A stretch of 64,000 nucleotides of DNA from IMG/VR virus record IMGVR_UViG_3300019752_000001; one strand, 5' to 3'. A program made the translations under genes and the position numbers. This stretch comes from a virus. Each line of letters starts with the position of its first letter. The first letter of the stretch is position 1. Positions 46,369-54,929 of the stretch are shown here, one piece after another. The notes beneath the pieces were generated by a model, which was not told the origin of the DNA, did no database searches, and worked only from the letters and a program-made list of their open reading frames with translations.

Positions 46369-46983
46369 TTATGCTTCTTCCTGCTCAAGCTTAGTCAGTT
46401 CCTTCTGAAGCTTCTTGATAGCCTTTTTCAGCTTCTTACGCTTACGGGATGGAGAAGGAGATTGTGTAGTAGCCTCTTTCTCTTCTTTTACAAGCTCCCA
46501 TGAGCATACAGCTGCAGGGATTGGGTCTGAGAAGGAGAGGATTAGTTCTGGTAGTTTTCTATCAATGTATCTCTCTTTATTCTTATGATAAAGTACCTTG
46601 TGTTGCTTATCTATAGACAAAAACTTCTCAGAAAGCATCTCTTCTGTTAAATCTTCACTACTTTGCCACTTACAACCATTATCCTTCAACCATTGACGCA
46701 CCTCAGGACGATCCCCACAGGACAACTTAAAAGGTGTTTGTGGGAATGACTGTGTAGGGTTGTTCATTGTATTGTCCTCTGGTAGTTGTGTTAGTCGTTT
46801 TTCGAAACTCAAAAGGTGGGATTCTCCTTCTTTTGAGATAAAATGTATCCACTTTCTGTTGTCATCACGTTCAACCTTTACTTTATCTCCTAAGAAGAAA
46901 TTTTTGTAGTATGCGCTTACAACCGTAAACACTCCTTTTGGGTCAAACCCTTCATCTTCACACCACTTCTCAAACTTAGTCAT
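46369..46983 (-). CDS. Hypothetical protein sharing a domain with 12828..13484
   Basis: CGDRPEVR.WL...GC.W domain; basic C-terminal tail. Confidence 0.7.
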   Translation of the reverse strand: MTKFEKWCEDEGFDPKGVFTVVSAYYKNFFLGDKVKVERDDNRKWIHFISKEGESHLLSFEKRLTQLPEDNTMNNPTQSFPQTPFKLSCGDRPEVRQWLKDNGCKWQSSEDLTEEMLSEKFLSIDKQHKVLYHKNKERYIDRKLPELILSFSDPIPAAVCSWELVKEEKEATTQSPSPSRKRKKLKKAIKKLQKELTKLEQEEA

Positions 46984-47022
46984 CTGTATTCTCCTTGGTT
47001 ATGTAACGGTAGCAACAAGAGC

Positions 47023-47051
47023 ATTATTGCATAGGCTAACCACCTAATCAA
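47023..47051 (-). promoter_or_regulatory. Probable sigma70 promoter (extended -10)
   Basis: TTGATT-17nt-AATAAT with TG at -15/-14. Confidence 0.5.
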
Positions 47052-47070
47052 CACCCTGTATAAAGATTTC

Positions 47071-47556
47071 TTATGATATTTCCTTCTCTTCATCTTCTCC
47101 ATTCTTACCTTCCCAATAAGCTGTAGAACCAAGTTCAACAACCGCTGTGTAATAAGACCATGCTATACGTCTACGCACATAGGTAGTTAACCGATAACTA
47201 TCCTTTTCAGCCTGGATGATACGTAGCATATTATTAAGAAACACTCGGTCAGCTTCTTCCTTATCCTTGTATGTAACACCTACCAAGTACATGTAGTCGT
47301 GTATATTCCCAGCTTCAGACATATCCAGACCGAGAAAGGTGTTTGGAATAAACGGACTAAGAAGGCTATCCTTAGCCCCCATACCATTACATACTACAGA
47401 CTTCTCCTCTTCAGACATTTCCCAATATCCGACAGGGGCATACAGCTTAGTGCAAGGGCTTAATCCGTCCTTATTTAAATTTAACAAACTATTCACTCCT
47501 CTATAACCAATAACGTTTATTATTACTACGTCTATACTTTGTCTTGCTTGTTGCAT
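47071..47556 (-). CDS. Conserved phage protein with HD motif (phospholipase A2/DUF1353-like)
   Basis: CNGMG...IHDYMY..G......ADRVFLNNM...YY.AV; start likely downstream of 47556. Confidence 0.6.
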   Translation of the reverse strand: MQQARQSIDVVIINVIGYRGVNSLLNLNKDGLSPCTKLYAPVGYWEMSEEEKSVVCNGMGAKDSLLSPFIPNTFLGLDMSEAGNIHDYMYLVGVTYKDKEEADRVFLNNMLRIIQAEKDSYRLTTYVRRRIAWSYYTAVVELGSTAYWEGKNGEDEEKEIS

Positions 47557-47665
47557 TAGTTATTTCAGTGTGCTCACCAACATGCCTGACAACACCATTC
47601 TTCTTACCTGAACGGCTACGTTCCTTGTTAAGCCACTGCCGAGTACTCTTATCAGCTTTCATGGG

Positions 47666-48319
47666 TTATTCCTGCCCGTCCTGCTCAACACAATCTTCTA
47701 TAGTATGTAGCTTCTCAACAACACTGTCAAACCTTGCACTAATACCTTGAGGACTTAATGCTGTAATATTGCAAGCAGCTACCTCATACATAAACGAACT
47801 AATCTCCCAAGCAGTTGCAGTAGGAAACCTGTCCACATACATCTTCTCAATCTCCATCAGACAATAATGAAGTGTTTCAGCAGCACTAAATAGCGTCTGT
47901 TTAGACACCTCGCAGTTGTGTACATCAACCCATTCAGGTACGTACAAAACTCTTTCTCCACGCTTCTTACCAAGGGCTGTGGCCTTCCTCTTGATAGTGT
48001 TCTTGTCCTTCTGAGACAAGGCCAGTTCATGCTTCTGTGTTGTGTCATCAAAGACTGTTCCAAAGATGCTGTAATACACCTCAATAATCTCTGATGGTTT
48101 CACTCCACAACTTCTGATAGCTAACTCACAAACTTGTGTTGCAGCTTTGTCTATGGCAGTTTCTTCCATAACAACTCCTTTACATACACGTTTAACCCAC
48201 CAATCAGTGGCTCCGTATTCTAGCAATTCTTCAAGTATAACCTTGTAAGATTTACCAGATTTCCTCAACTCAATAGCTTTATCTTCTACCTCAACAGGCA
48301 GCACTAGTGGCTTGCTCAT
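47666..48319 (-). CDS. Hypothetical protein with N-terminal HTH-like segment
   Basis: AIELRKSGKSYKVI; start MSKPLVLP after AAGGA RBS. Confidence 0.6.
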   Translation of the reverse strand: MSKPLVLPVEVEDKAIELRKSGKSYKVILEELLEYGATDWWVKRVCKGVVMEETAIDKAATQVCELAIRSCGVKPSEIIEVYYSIFGTVFDDTTQKHELALSQKDKNTIKRKATALGKKRGERVLYVPEWVDVHNCEVSKQTLFSAAETLHYCLMEIEKMYVDRFPTATAWEISSFMYEVAACNITALSPQGISARFDSVVEKLHTIEDCVEQDGQE

Positions 48320-48953
48320 GGCAGTGTCCTTATTTTCAGTTTTAAAGGTATTTACAACACCAACTACATAGATACTTCTAAACACTCTCCGAAAATTACC
48401 TTAAATATATATAGAGTAAAGATGGGAGAGTGTACATGAAAACAATGTGTAAATATTGCAGTCAGCACTACTGTGTAGTTTTTGTGTAGCAACTATCCCG
48501 TAGGGATGAACACATACACAGATTGACATAGATCCTGTACAGACAACCTAATAGTAACACACATAACAAAAAGAGCAAACATAAAATCACATATTAAGTA
48601 GACGTTTTAGTAGCTTGTTCAAGGTGTTAATTTTAACTTGTCTTTTGTTATTACTTGTTGTTTGTACAGTGGAGACTAAGTAGCTTGTTAAGTGTCTATG
48701 TAATCTATGATCCCGAAGGGATAGTTCCTACATAGTTGCTAACAAGACAACTTCATAGTCTACTCAAACCGAAAGAGGGTAATAACAGTGGAACACAAAA
48801 CCCTCTCTCCTTGTAAAAGAAGCTATTAAGCAACCACTTAGTTGTTGTAATAGGTGTCTGAGCTGTAAGCTCTACTACTATTAAGGTGGCTAAGTAGTTG
48901 GCTCTTTCTTTTGATCTTATTCTTATTTCTCTTTTGTTCTTATATTATTCTTA

Positions 48954-49030
48954 TAGTGGCGCATTTTGACACATATATTGGTTGCATTTTGCAACCTATC
49001 CATCATTTATTGGTTGCATTTTGCAACCAA
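48954..49030. repeat. Iteron-like palindromic direct repeats (candidate origin)
   Basis: TATTGGTTGCATTTTGCAACC at 48976 and 49008 plus a degenerate copy at 48954, next to a T-rich tract at 48903-48953. Confidence 0.7.
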
Positions 49031-49031
49031 A

Positions 49032-49484
49032 CTAAAAAGGTAATGTGCATGTATCACACAGACAATCTTCCGTACCTGTACAGCTAGACTCTAACGTAAC
49101 CCCTTTCATGTCATGGTTAGTACCAAAGAAACTACTACTTCTCTCATTTGTAGTCCACTCCACTATCACATCCTCATAATACTTTGTAGTATAACTGTTA
49201 TTCTTTCCTTCACGGTTTACACTTATCAACCCTATTGATTCTAATTTAGTTACACTCCTGAGAACTGTCGCTTTGTTGATACCGAGATCTATGGTCATCT
49301 GGTAGATAGTCATGTAAACCTTATTACAGCTTCTGTCCCAGCTTCTTAGGTATGAATACAATTCTTTATCGTTAGCAGTTAATGAGACTAATGAGTCATT
49401 AATCCCTCTAACCTTAACCATTCTTCTAAAGCTATTGTAAATCTTTGTGAAGTTCTGGTCTTCCTCTTTTGTTACTCGTGCCAT
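49032..49484 (-). CDS. Winged HTH protein resembling phage replication-initiator N-terminal domains
   Basis: LTANDKELYSYL...DLGINKATVLRSVTKLESIGLISV. Confidence 0.7.
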   Translation of the reverse strand: MARVTKEEDQNFTKIYNSFRRMVKVRGINDSLVSLTANDKELYSYLRSWDRSCNKVYMTIYQMTIDLGINKATVLRSVTKLESIGLISVNREGKNNSYTTKYYEDVIVEWTTNERSSSFFGTNHDMKGVTLESSCTGTEDCLCDTCTLPF

Positions 49485-49638
49485 GTTGATCCTTAAAAAG
49501 TGTTGCTGAAATATCAGCTAAAGTGTTGGGATTATCTCTTAGAGCTTTAAGAAGAAATAGAATGAAAGCTTGTTGGCTTCTACTTCCTCTATGTTCATCT
49601 ATGAATCTAATGACTGAGGGTGGTAATTTTATATCCAT
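49432..49638 (-). CDS. Small RHH-like DNA-binding protein
   Basis: IKLPPSVIRFIDEHRGSRSQQAFI. Confidence 0.45.
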   Translation of the reverse strand: MDIKLPPSVIRFIDEHRGSRSQQAFILFLLKALRDNPNTLADISATLFKDQHGTSNKRGRPELHKDLQ

Positions 49639-49702
49639 CGATGTACCCTTATCGTTTCGGTTTCATAGAATCTTACAACTACTATTGTTGTTAGTCCACC
49701 TC

Positions 49703-49921
49703 TTATTTAAGTTTGAAGTAGTTCACATTACCTCCTCGTTTCTGCTTACTCATGTAGCCTTTCTTGACAAGTTCATTAGTGAACATTCTCATGTAAGGTC
49801 CATTACAATCCCAGAGAGAGATAAGCTCACTACTCTTCCATTCAGTTTCCTCAGCTTCTTCAAGAAGCTTTAAAAACCGGTATTCACTATTTGACAAGTT
49901 TGTGTCTGCAGCTTTAATCAT
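49703..49921 (-). CDS. Small winged-helix protein
   Basis: LSNSEYRFL...ELVKKGYMSK...NYFKL. Confidence 0.55.
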   Translation of the reverse strand: MIKAADTNLSNSEYRFLKLLEEAEETEWKSSELISLWDCNGPYMRMFTNELVKKGYMSKQKRGGNVNYFKLK

Positions 49922-49955
49922 GTATCTTTCCTCGGAATGTTATTGGTGAATCCTT

Positions 49956-50017
49956 ATAGTACGGTGTAAATATATTATTGTCAACCACTTTACATACCTT
50001 TAAAGCTCTACTAAGAT
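49956..50017. promoter_or_regulatory. Back-to-back divergent sigma70 promoters
   Basis: Minus: TTGACA-17-TACTAT (49984-49956). Plus: TTTACA-17-TAAGAT (49989-50017). Confidence 0.7.
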
Positions 50018-50050
50018 ATCACTTCATTAATCACCTAACGAGGAACAATT

Positions 50051-50302
50051 ATGAAGATTATTGATAAAGCTGCGGTAGCTATTGCAGTGTGTATAATTGG
50101 TAGTATTGGTGTTATGGCTATTGTTAAGGTGTTCACATACATAGTAGCTGACCTTGAAGAACGTCGTCGTAAGAACACTACTATCCAATCCTCTGTAGGA
50201 ACTCACCACAGCATTAAGTGTATTGATGGAGTGAACTACCTGACAAAAGTTGGCACTGTCAAGATAGACAAAGTAACTTTACTCCCGGAGACTTGCGAAT
50301 GA
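50051..50302 (+). CDS. Small membrane-anchored protein, related to 54214..54438
   Basis: N-terminal TM; CIDGVNYL...LLPETC. Confidence 0.65.
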   Translation: MKIIDKAAVAIAVCIIGSIGVMAIVKVFTYIVADLEERRRKNTTIQSSVGTHHSIKCIDGVNYLTKVGTVKIDKVTLLPETCE

Positions 50303-50509
50303 CTACACAACATACTACTCCACCTACAACTTCCTCTCCTACAGGCGACACTGAAGCGTCCTTCACAGACAACACCTCATTCACCTGTCCGTACAAACCT
50401 AGACAGAAGATTGATGTAGTGTATGTGTCAGCAGAAGGAACAAAACCTTTTCAGCACAATGGAATAATGGCTATGTTCTGTGACTTCTCAGAAACAGCTG
50501 AGAATGTTA

Positions 50510-50538
50510 TTGACAAGAGTCGTGTAAGTGTTTACTGT
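50510..50538 (+). promoter_or_regulatory. sigma70 promoter
   Basis: TTGACA-17nt-TACTGT. Confidence 0.6.
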
Positions 50539-50588
50539 TGAGTTACTTAAACAGGACAAATAGAAACTAACTAATAAGGAAAAATAAG

Positions 50589-50780
50589 ATGAACTCAATG
50601 GTGACAGGGTTTATTTGTGGATTAGTAGATGCCTACATGACAACTGCTATGGTGTCAGCAGAAACTCAGCGCAATATATCTACTTATTGTGCTTCTGTTA
50701 ATAGTTCAGTTGAAGCTAAGCAGGTTTGTAAACAAGATTTGAAAGGCATCACCAGTAAAGCTTGGAAAATGGAGAAATAA
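50589..50780 (+). CDS. Hypothetical phage protein
   Basis: AAGGA RBS, first gene after the promoter. Confidence 0.5.
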   Translation: MNSMVTGFICGLVDAYMTTAMVSAETQRNISTYCASVNSSVEAKQVCKQDLKGITSKAWKMEK

Positions 50781-50781
50781 A

Positions 50782-51135
50782 ATGAAACCTGAAAACTATA
50801 ACGCAAAAATTATTGATGAGCCTACATACTTCAATCATCTACTTCTAGAGAGTGAAGGCATCCGAGATGTGGTAAAGGCAAAGGACTTCGACCCAGATCA
50901 TATGGAAGTTGTCCTCACTATTAATGGTGTACAGGTGTCTGTTCAAAACTTCAACAACCTTATGAGTGCTTGGGGTAGTCGAGTGGAAGCTCAGATAAAG
51001 AGAGAGGCTGATTACTTCGATAAGGAGGAGGCTGTAAAGGAGAAAGCATTATCCATGTTGAAGGATAAAATAGGAAATGCTTATGAGGTATTAAATATTA
51101 TTGAAAATAGTACATATTTGTTGGAGGAAGATTGA
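50782..51135 (+). CDS. Hypothetical phage protein
   Basis: GGAG RBS, 117 aa. Confidence 0.65.
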   Translation: MKPENYNAKIIDEPTYFNHLLLESEGIRDVVKAKDFDPDHMEVVLTINGVQVSVQNFNNLMSAWGSRVEAQIKREADYFDKEEAVKEKALSMLKDKIGNAYEVLNIIENSTYLLEED

Positions 51136-51512
51136 TGAACGGACTGTTTACGCTGTATGAACACGAAGAGTTAGAGATCCGAAAGATAGTTGAAGATGCT
51201 ATCGCCAACAACCAACCTAAAACTGAACTACACACGTACTTAGTAAGAAGCTTGCTATTCACTATTGACAACCTTCGTAGCCAGCTAACTCTTCCTGAAA
51301 AGGAACACTTCAACACGATCACAGGGGCACCTCTTCCTCCTGTTGGTGTGTGGCTACATATCAAGGATGAACGTACTAAGTTGTTTGGGGAAGGTAGCTT
51401 TAAAGCTAAACGAACTAAGCATGTTTCAGGCAGCAATCGAGGGAAGTGGGAGATGGAGCTGGAAAGCGGAGTTGTTGAGATGATTGATGTTGTGGAGTGG
51501 GCACATGTGTAA
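51132..51512 (+). CDS. Hypothetical phage protein
   Basis: Overlapping start/stop, 126 aa. Confidence 0.6.
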   Translation: MMNGLFTLYEHEELEIRKIVEDAIANNQPKTELHTYLVRSLLFTIDNLRSQLTLPEKEHFNTITGAPLPPVGVWLHIKDERTKLFGEGSFKAKRTKHVSGSNRGKWEMELESGVVEMIDVVEWAHV

Positions 51513-51744
51513 TAAAGATAAAAGAGTTAATACTGTTCATGCAGAGATTGAATATCTCACAAGAGCAGAAATGTGTAATAAGGTTCACTCGGATATCTGC
51601 CCACCAGGTTGCAGCTCTGCTAACATGGACGATGAAAGTTGGAGGAAGTTTCTGCATGAATGTTTGGATGAGTGGCTTGATACATCAGACGGAACAGGAG
51701 GTTTTTACATCAAGCAAGAGGGTTATAAATTTGATTTTCAATAG
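51484..51744 (+). CDS. Hypothetical phage protein
   Basis: In operon; start probably at MCNKD. Confidence 0.55.
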   Translation: MMLWSGHMCNKDKRVNTVHAEIEYLTRAEMCNKVHSDICPPGCSSANMDDESWRKFLHECLDEWLDTSDGTGGFYIKQEGYKFDFQ

Positions 51745-51755
51745 GAGAGATTCAT

Positions 51756-52055
51756 ATGTTTAAATGGTTATTTGGTGGGTACGAAACCAACAAAGAAGAA
51801 GAAGAGGTTGACACACAAACCATTAGAGGTTATGTACAAGTTAGTAAGACAATTTGCCCTTACATGGGGTGTGTTAGCTACAAGAGTAGAAGCCTAGTTA
51901 GTGAGTACAATGGAATATTCATATCTATCACGACTGACTGGGCAGAAATAACAAAGGAGCAATATGATAGCTTCTTGTTTGTTTATGGTGGAGAGATAAC
52001 TAAAAAAGTAGATTTGCTTAGTTTTTCTTTCAAGGAGGTTGAGAGCGATGTGTGA
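51756..52055 (+). CDS. Hypothetical phage protein
   Basis: AGGAG RBS. Confidence 0.6.
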   Translation: MFKWLFGGYETNKEEEEVDTQTIRGYVQVSKTICPYMGCVSYKSRSLVSEYNGIFISITTDWAEITKEQYDSFLFVYGGEITKKVDLLSFSFKEVESDV

Positions 52056-52290
52056 TGTAATTGAAGAGATAATGAAGAAGAAGTGTGAATGGTATATGAA
52101 TAACAATCCAGGATCTTCAACAAACCCTGTGTATGTTTATCTAGGATACGATACTTACTATCTCCTTAAAGCTCAAATTAATAGTCTTGCAGTGTATTCG
52201 CTAGAGGATCGTACAGGAGGTAGCGATGAGGTGTGTGGACTGCAGATACTTATTGTCAATATTCCTGATTACATTGGTGTTGGGAACTAA
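52039..52290 (+). CDS. Hypothetical phage protein
   Basis: AAGGAGG RBS. Confidence 0.6.
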   Translation: MRAMCDVIEEIMKKKCEWYMNNNPGSSTNPVYVYLGYDTYYLLKAQINSLAVYSLEDRTGGSDEVCGLQILIVNIPDYIGVGN

Positions 52291-52305
52291 TAAATAAGGA
52301 GAATT

Positions 52306-52686
52306 GTGGTGGAAGATACAAAGAAAACTTTGAAAGAACACTTAATACTCTGTGTAGAAGGTAGTACTGTGTATGACAAATCAAGCAATGAAGATCTGTT
52401 TGAGTGGTTTGAACTGTATAGCTCAGAAAAAGAAAGAGTATTGTTTCACGAAGGTGAACGTGCTTATGAATGGATGACTGTAGTTAGTCTTGTCATTGAC
52501 GGAAAAGAAAGGTACTTCAGATACGTTGATGTAGTTCCTAACAACCCTGACCGTGATGACCGAGAAGATTGTGGAGGTTGGACTGTCCCAGATATTGATG
52601 ATATTGTTGAAGTGTTTCCACAGGAAGTTGTTACTACGATAACTAAGTATGTGCCTTTAACAGAACATTTAGAAACTGACAAATAA
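52306..52686 (+). CDS. Acidic hypothetical protein, tandem paralog 1
   Basis: TKKTLKEHL...LFE...RYF.Y.D...W..P...DI.EV...EVVTT. Confidence 0.75.
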   Translation: MVEDTKKTLKEHLILCVEGSTVYDKSSNEDLFEWFELYSSEKERVLFHEGERAYEWMTVVSLVIDGKERYFRYVDVVPNNPDRDDREDCGGWTVPDIDDIVEVFPQEVVTTITKYVPLTEHLETDK

Positions 52687-52704
52687 ACAACAAGGAGAGA
52701 TACT

Positions 52705-53043
52705 ATGACAGATGTAAAGACGAGCACAAAGAAAACTCTGAAAGAACACTTGACAGGAGTTTGTGAATCTAATGGTTATGATACAGATAATGATAACCTG
52801 TTTGAACTTCTTGAGGAAGACTATAAAACTGTTGTTGAAGATGATCACGATGAGCATCGCTGGTATACGAACTTTCGAGTTGTGAAGGAGGTTTGTATTG
52901 AGGAGGAGCTTCGTTACTTTGAATACTGGGATATGTCTACACACGGAGATGGCAGTAAGTTTGATAACGACTGGGAGATTCCAAAGGTAGAGGATATCTG
53001 CGAAGTGTATGCACGAGAAGTTGTTACTACAATTTATAAATAA
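52705..53043 (+). CDS. Acidic hypothetical protein, tandem paralog 2
   Basis: Same motifs as 52306..52686. Confidence 0.75.
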   Translation: MTDVKTSTKKTLKEHLTGVCESNGYDTDNDNLFELLEEDYKTVVEDDHDEHRWYTNFRVVKEVCIEEELRYFEYWDMSTHGDGSKFDNDWEIPKVEDICEVYAREVVTTIYK

Positions 53044-53054
53044 GGAGAAATACA

Positions 53055-53387
53055 ATGACTATTACGTCACGCAATTCAGGATCTTCAACAAACCCTGTGT
53101 ACGAAACTCTCAGAGATGGTACAAAACAACTATCAGAAACAGGGCTTAGTAAACGTGAACATTTCTGTCTGCATATGAAAGTTCCAGACACAGGGGATGA
53201 AGTGTTGGATAATATCATCCGTGCAGGTGCTGAACGAGAGTTTGCGGAGAAGATTCTTGCACATACATTTATTGATCACATAAGCACCCTATCTTTTGCT
53301 ATGGAAGGAAACTCTATAGAAGATTCAGTAAAGATGGCTATTGCAGCCAGAAAGGATTTTGAGGGGGTTATTTCAGCCTCCGAATAA
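53055..53387 (+). CDS. Hypothetical phage protein (GLSKREHF motif)
   Basis: AAGGAG RBS; GL[ST]KRE.F motif common in small phage proteins. Confidence 0.65.
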   Translation: MTITSRNSGSSTNPVYETLRDGTKQLSETGLSKREHFCLHMKVPDTGDEVLDNIIRAGAEREFAEKILAHTFIDHISTLSFAMEGNSIEDSVKMAIAARKDFEGVISASE

Positions 53388-53398
53388 CAGGCGTTAAA

Positions 53399-53485
53399 AA
53401 GCCCTGTGAGAAGCTTTGTACAAAGACATAAAAACGTAGCAGTCTAAGTGGAAAACCTCTCACAGGGCTTGTAAGGAGTTTACAG
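53399..53485. repeat. Dispersed palindromic intergenic element
   Basis: AAGCCCTGTGAG...CTCACAGGGCTTGTAAGGAGTTTACAG; near-identical arms at 54445-54532. Confidence 0.8.
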
Positions 53486-53515
53486 ACAGTATTAAGGAGG
53501 AAGGATGAGTGAAGC

Positions 53516-53812
53516 GTGTATGATAAAGGGGGTAAACGTTGCACATCTTGCTGTAAGGTTGTGCATATATCAAAACCTTATGAAGTGATTATCTGGAAAT
53601 GTAGTGATAAGTTTAACCTACAAGACAAGGAGTATATCAGAAAGAATTGGGTTAGAGTTTCTAAGCGTCGAGCTAAGAAGATAAACCCTCATATGTTCAA
53701 GTTATCAACATCTAGTTGGGGGCATATGTCATTCTTCACTTGCAAGCAGCTAACTGAAGAAGGTTGCGGTGACTATGAAAATCGTCTTCTTGTCTGTAGT
53801 AGGTATGGGTAG
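53516..53812 (+). CDS. YkgJ-like cysteine-cluster protein (5' end possibly frameshifted)
   Basis: CTSCC...CKQL....C..YENR...C..Y. Confidence 0.7.
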   Translation: MYDKGGKRCTSCCKVVHISKPYEVIIWKCSDKFNLQDKEYIRKNWVRVSKRRAKKINPHMFKLSTSSWGHMSFFTCKQLTEEGCGDYENRLLVCSRYG

Positions 53813-53985
53813 AGTATGCAGCAAGTACTACATATTCGCCATATTGCAATTTAATAGGTAAGTTTAAAGAGGATGAATGAACAATTAGTGATTAAACTAG
53901 ACTCACAGAGTCTTACATTAGTGCTAGTTACACAGTTGAAGGTTGGGCTGATAGTGATGGTTGTTTCGACTATTACTATCTATCA

Positions 53986-54192
53986 ATGATAGTGGATGAT
54001 ATGAGTGGAAATATTAACAATAGTCAAGTATATGCACAGCAAGCACAAGATAATTACAGGAAGATGTCACGTGACAATCTGACCTTAATTAAGGAAATCA
54101 AAGATTTATATCTTGATGAAGTACTTGGTTATGATAACCGTGACAGTAATATTGCAAAACTTCATTCACTAGTTCACAATCATCATTATTAA
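53986..54192 (+). CDS. Hypothetical phage protein
   Basis: 68 aa ORF. Confidence 0.45.
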   Translation: MIVDDMSGNINNSQVYAQQAQDNYRKMSRDNLTLIKEIKDLYLDEVLGYDNRDSNIAKLHSLVHNHHY

Positions 54193-54213
54193 AGTTTAAA
54201 TAGGGGATGTAAT

Positions 54214-54438
54214 ATGTTAAGTGTAAAGTCTAAGGTGTTAATTGGTTTAGTGTGTAGCGTCCTTCTGCTTGGGTGCAATGGAAACAGTGACTTTAAAGAA
54301 TCTGTAAAATCAGGAACAAGAAATTATCCTACGGTGTGTATAGAGGGGGTGCTATATATCCGAGGTTACAGAAGTATCTCTCCTAAGATAAATGAAGGGT
54401 CTCTTATGCCAGAGAGATGCACACCTTCTAATCCTTAA
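54214..54438 (+). CDS. Small lipoprotein
   Basis: Signal peptide with lipobox LLGC; CIEGVLY...LMPERC. Confidence 0.7.
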   Translation: MLSVKSKVLIGLVCSVLLLGCNGNSDFKESVKSGTRNYPTVCIEGVLYIRGYRSISPKINEGSLMPERCTPSNP

Positions 54439-54444
54439 CTAAAA

Positions 54445-54532
54445 AAGCCCTGTGAGCGGTTTTCTACATTACTTGTTGTGATTATATACCTGTAGTGTAA
54501 AACATCTCACAGGGCTTGTAAGGAGCTTACAG
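54445..54532. repeat. Dispersed palindromic intergenic element at the convergent junction
   Basis: AAGCCCTGTGAG...TGTGATTATATACCT...CTCACAGGGCTTGTAAGGAGCTTACAG. Confidence 0.8.
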
Positions 54533-54568
54533 CAGGGTGTTTAAATCCATCTGTACAGTCAGCTTTTG

Positions 54569-54778
54569 TTAATCACCATCACACTTGATTGATACAGCGT
54601 GAGGGCTTACAGCCTTTCCTACAACAGCTCGATTAATCTGTCTAGCTTTCTGAGGAGCTGAGCAATAAAGGTTTGTAGCGACACTCATTGCGCTCCCTGC
54701 TGTTCCTATGACTGAGCAGCCTGACAGCAGAGATGCAAAAACTAGGGTAGTGATTGCATACACCTTATTAATATTCAT
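54569..54778 (-). CDS. Small lipoprotein (possible o-spanin-like)
   Basis: Lipobox LSGC; near a holin-like gene. Confidence 0.6.
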   Translation of the reverse strand: MNINKVYAITTLVFASLLSGCSVIGTAGSAMSVATNLYCSAPQKARQINRAVVGKAVSPHAVSIKCDGD

Positions 54779-54929
54779 TCGGTATTTCCTTGTGTTATTT
54801 ATCTACTTCTAACAGTGGTGGTTGAGGCAGGCTTATTAGTAACCTTTTCTTAGGCTTACTACCTCTCTGGGTGGAGCTATTATTCTGACTACTCTGTAGT
54901 TCAAAACTTCCTTTCCTACTTGTCATACA

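Noticed and set aside
50293-50541. ORF 50293..50541 as a confident gene
   Set aside because: Low-complexity translation that overlaps a promoter; not supportable either way.
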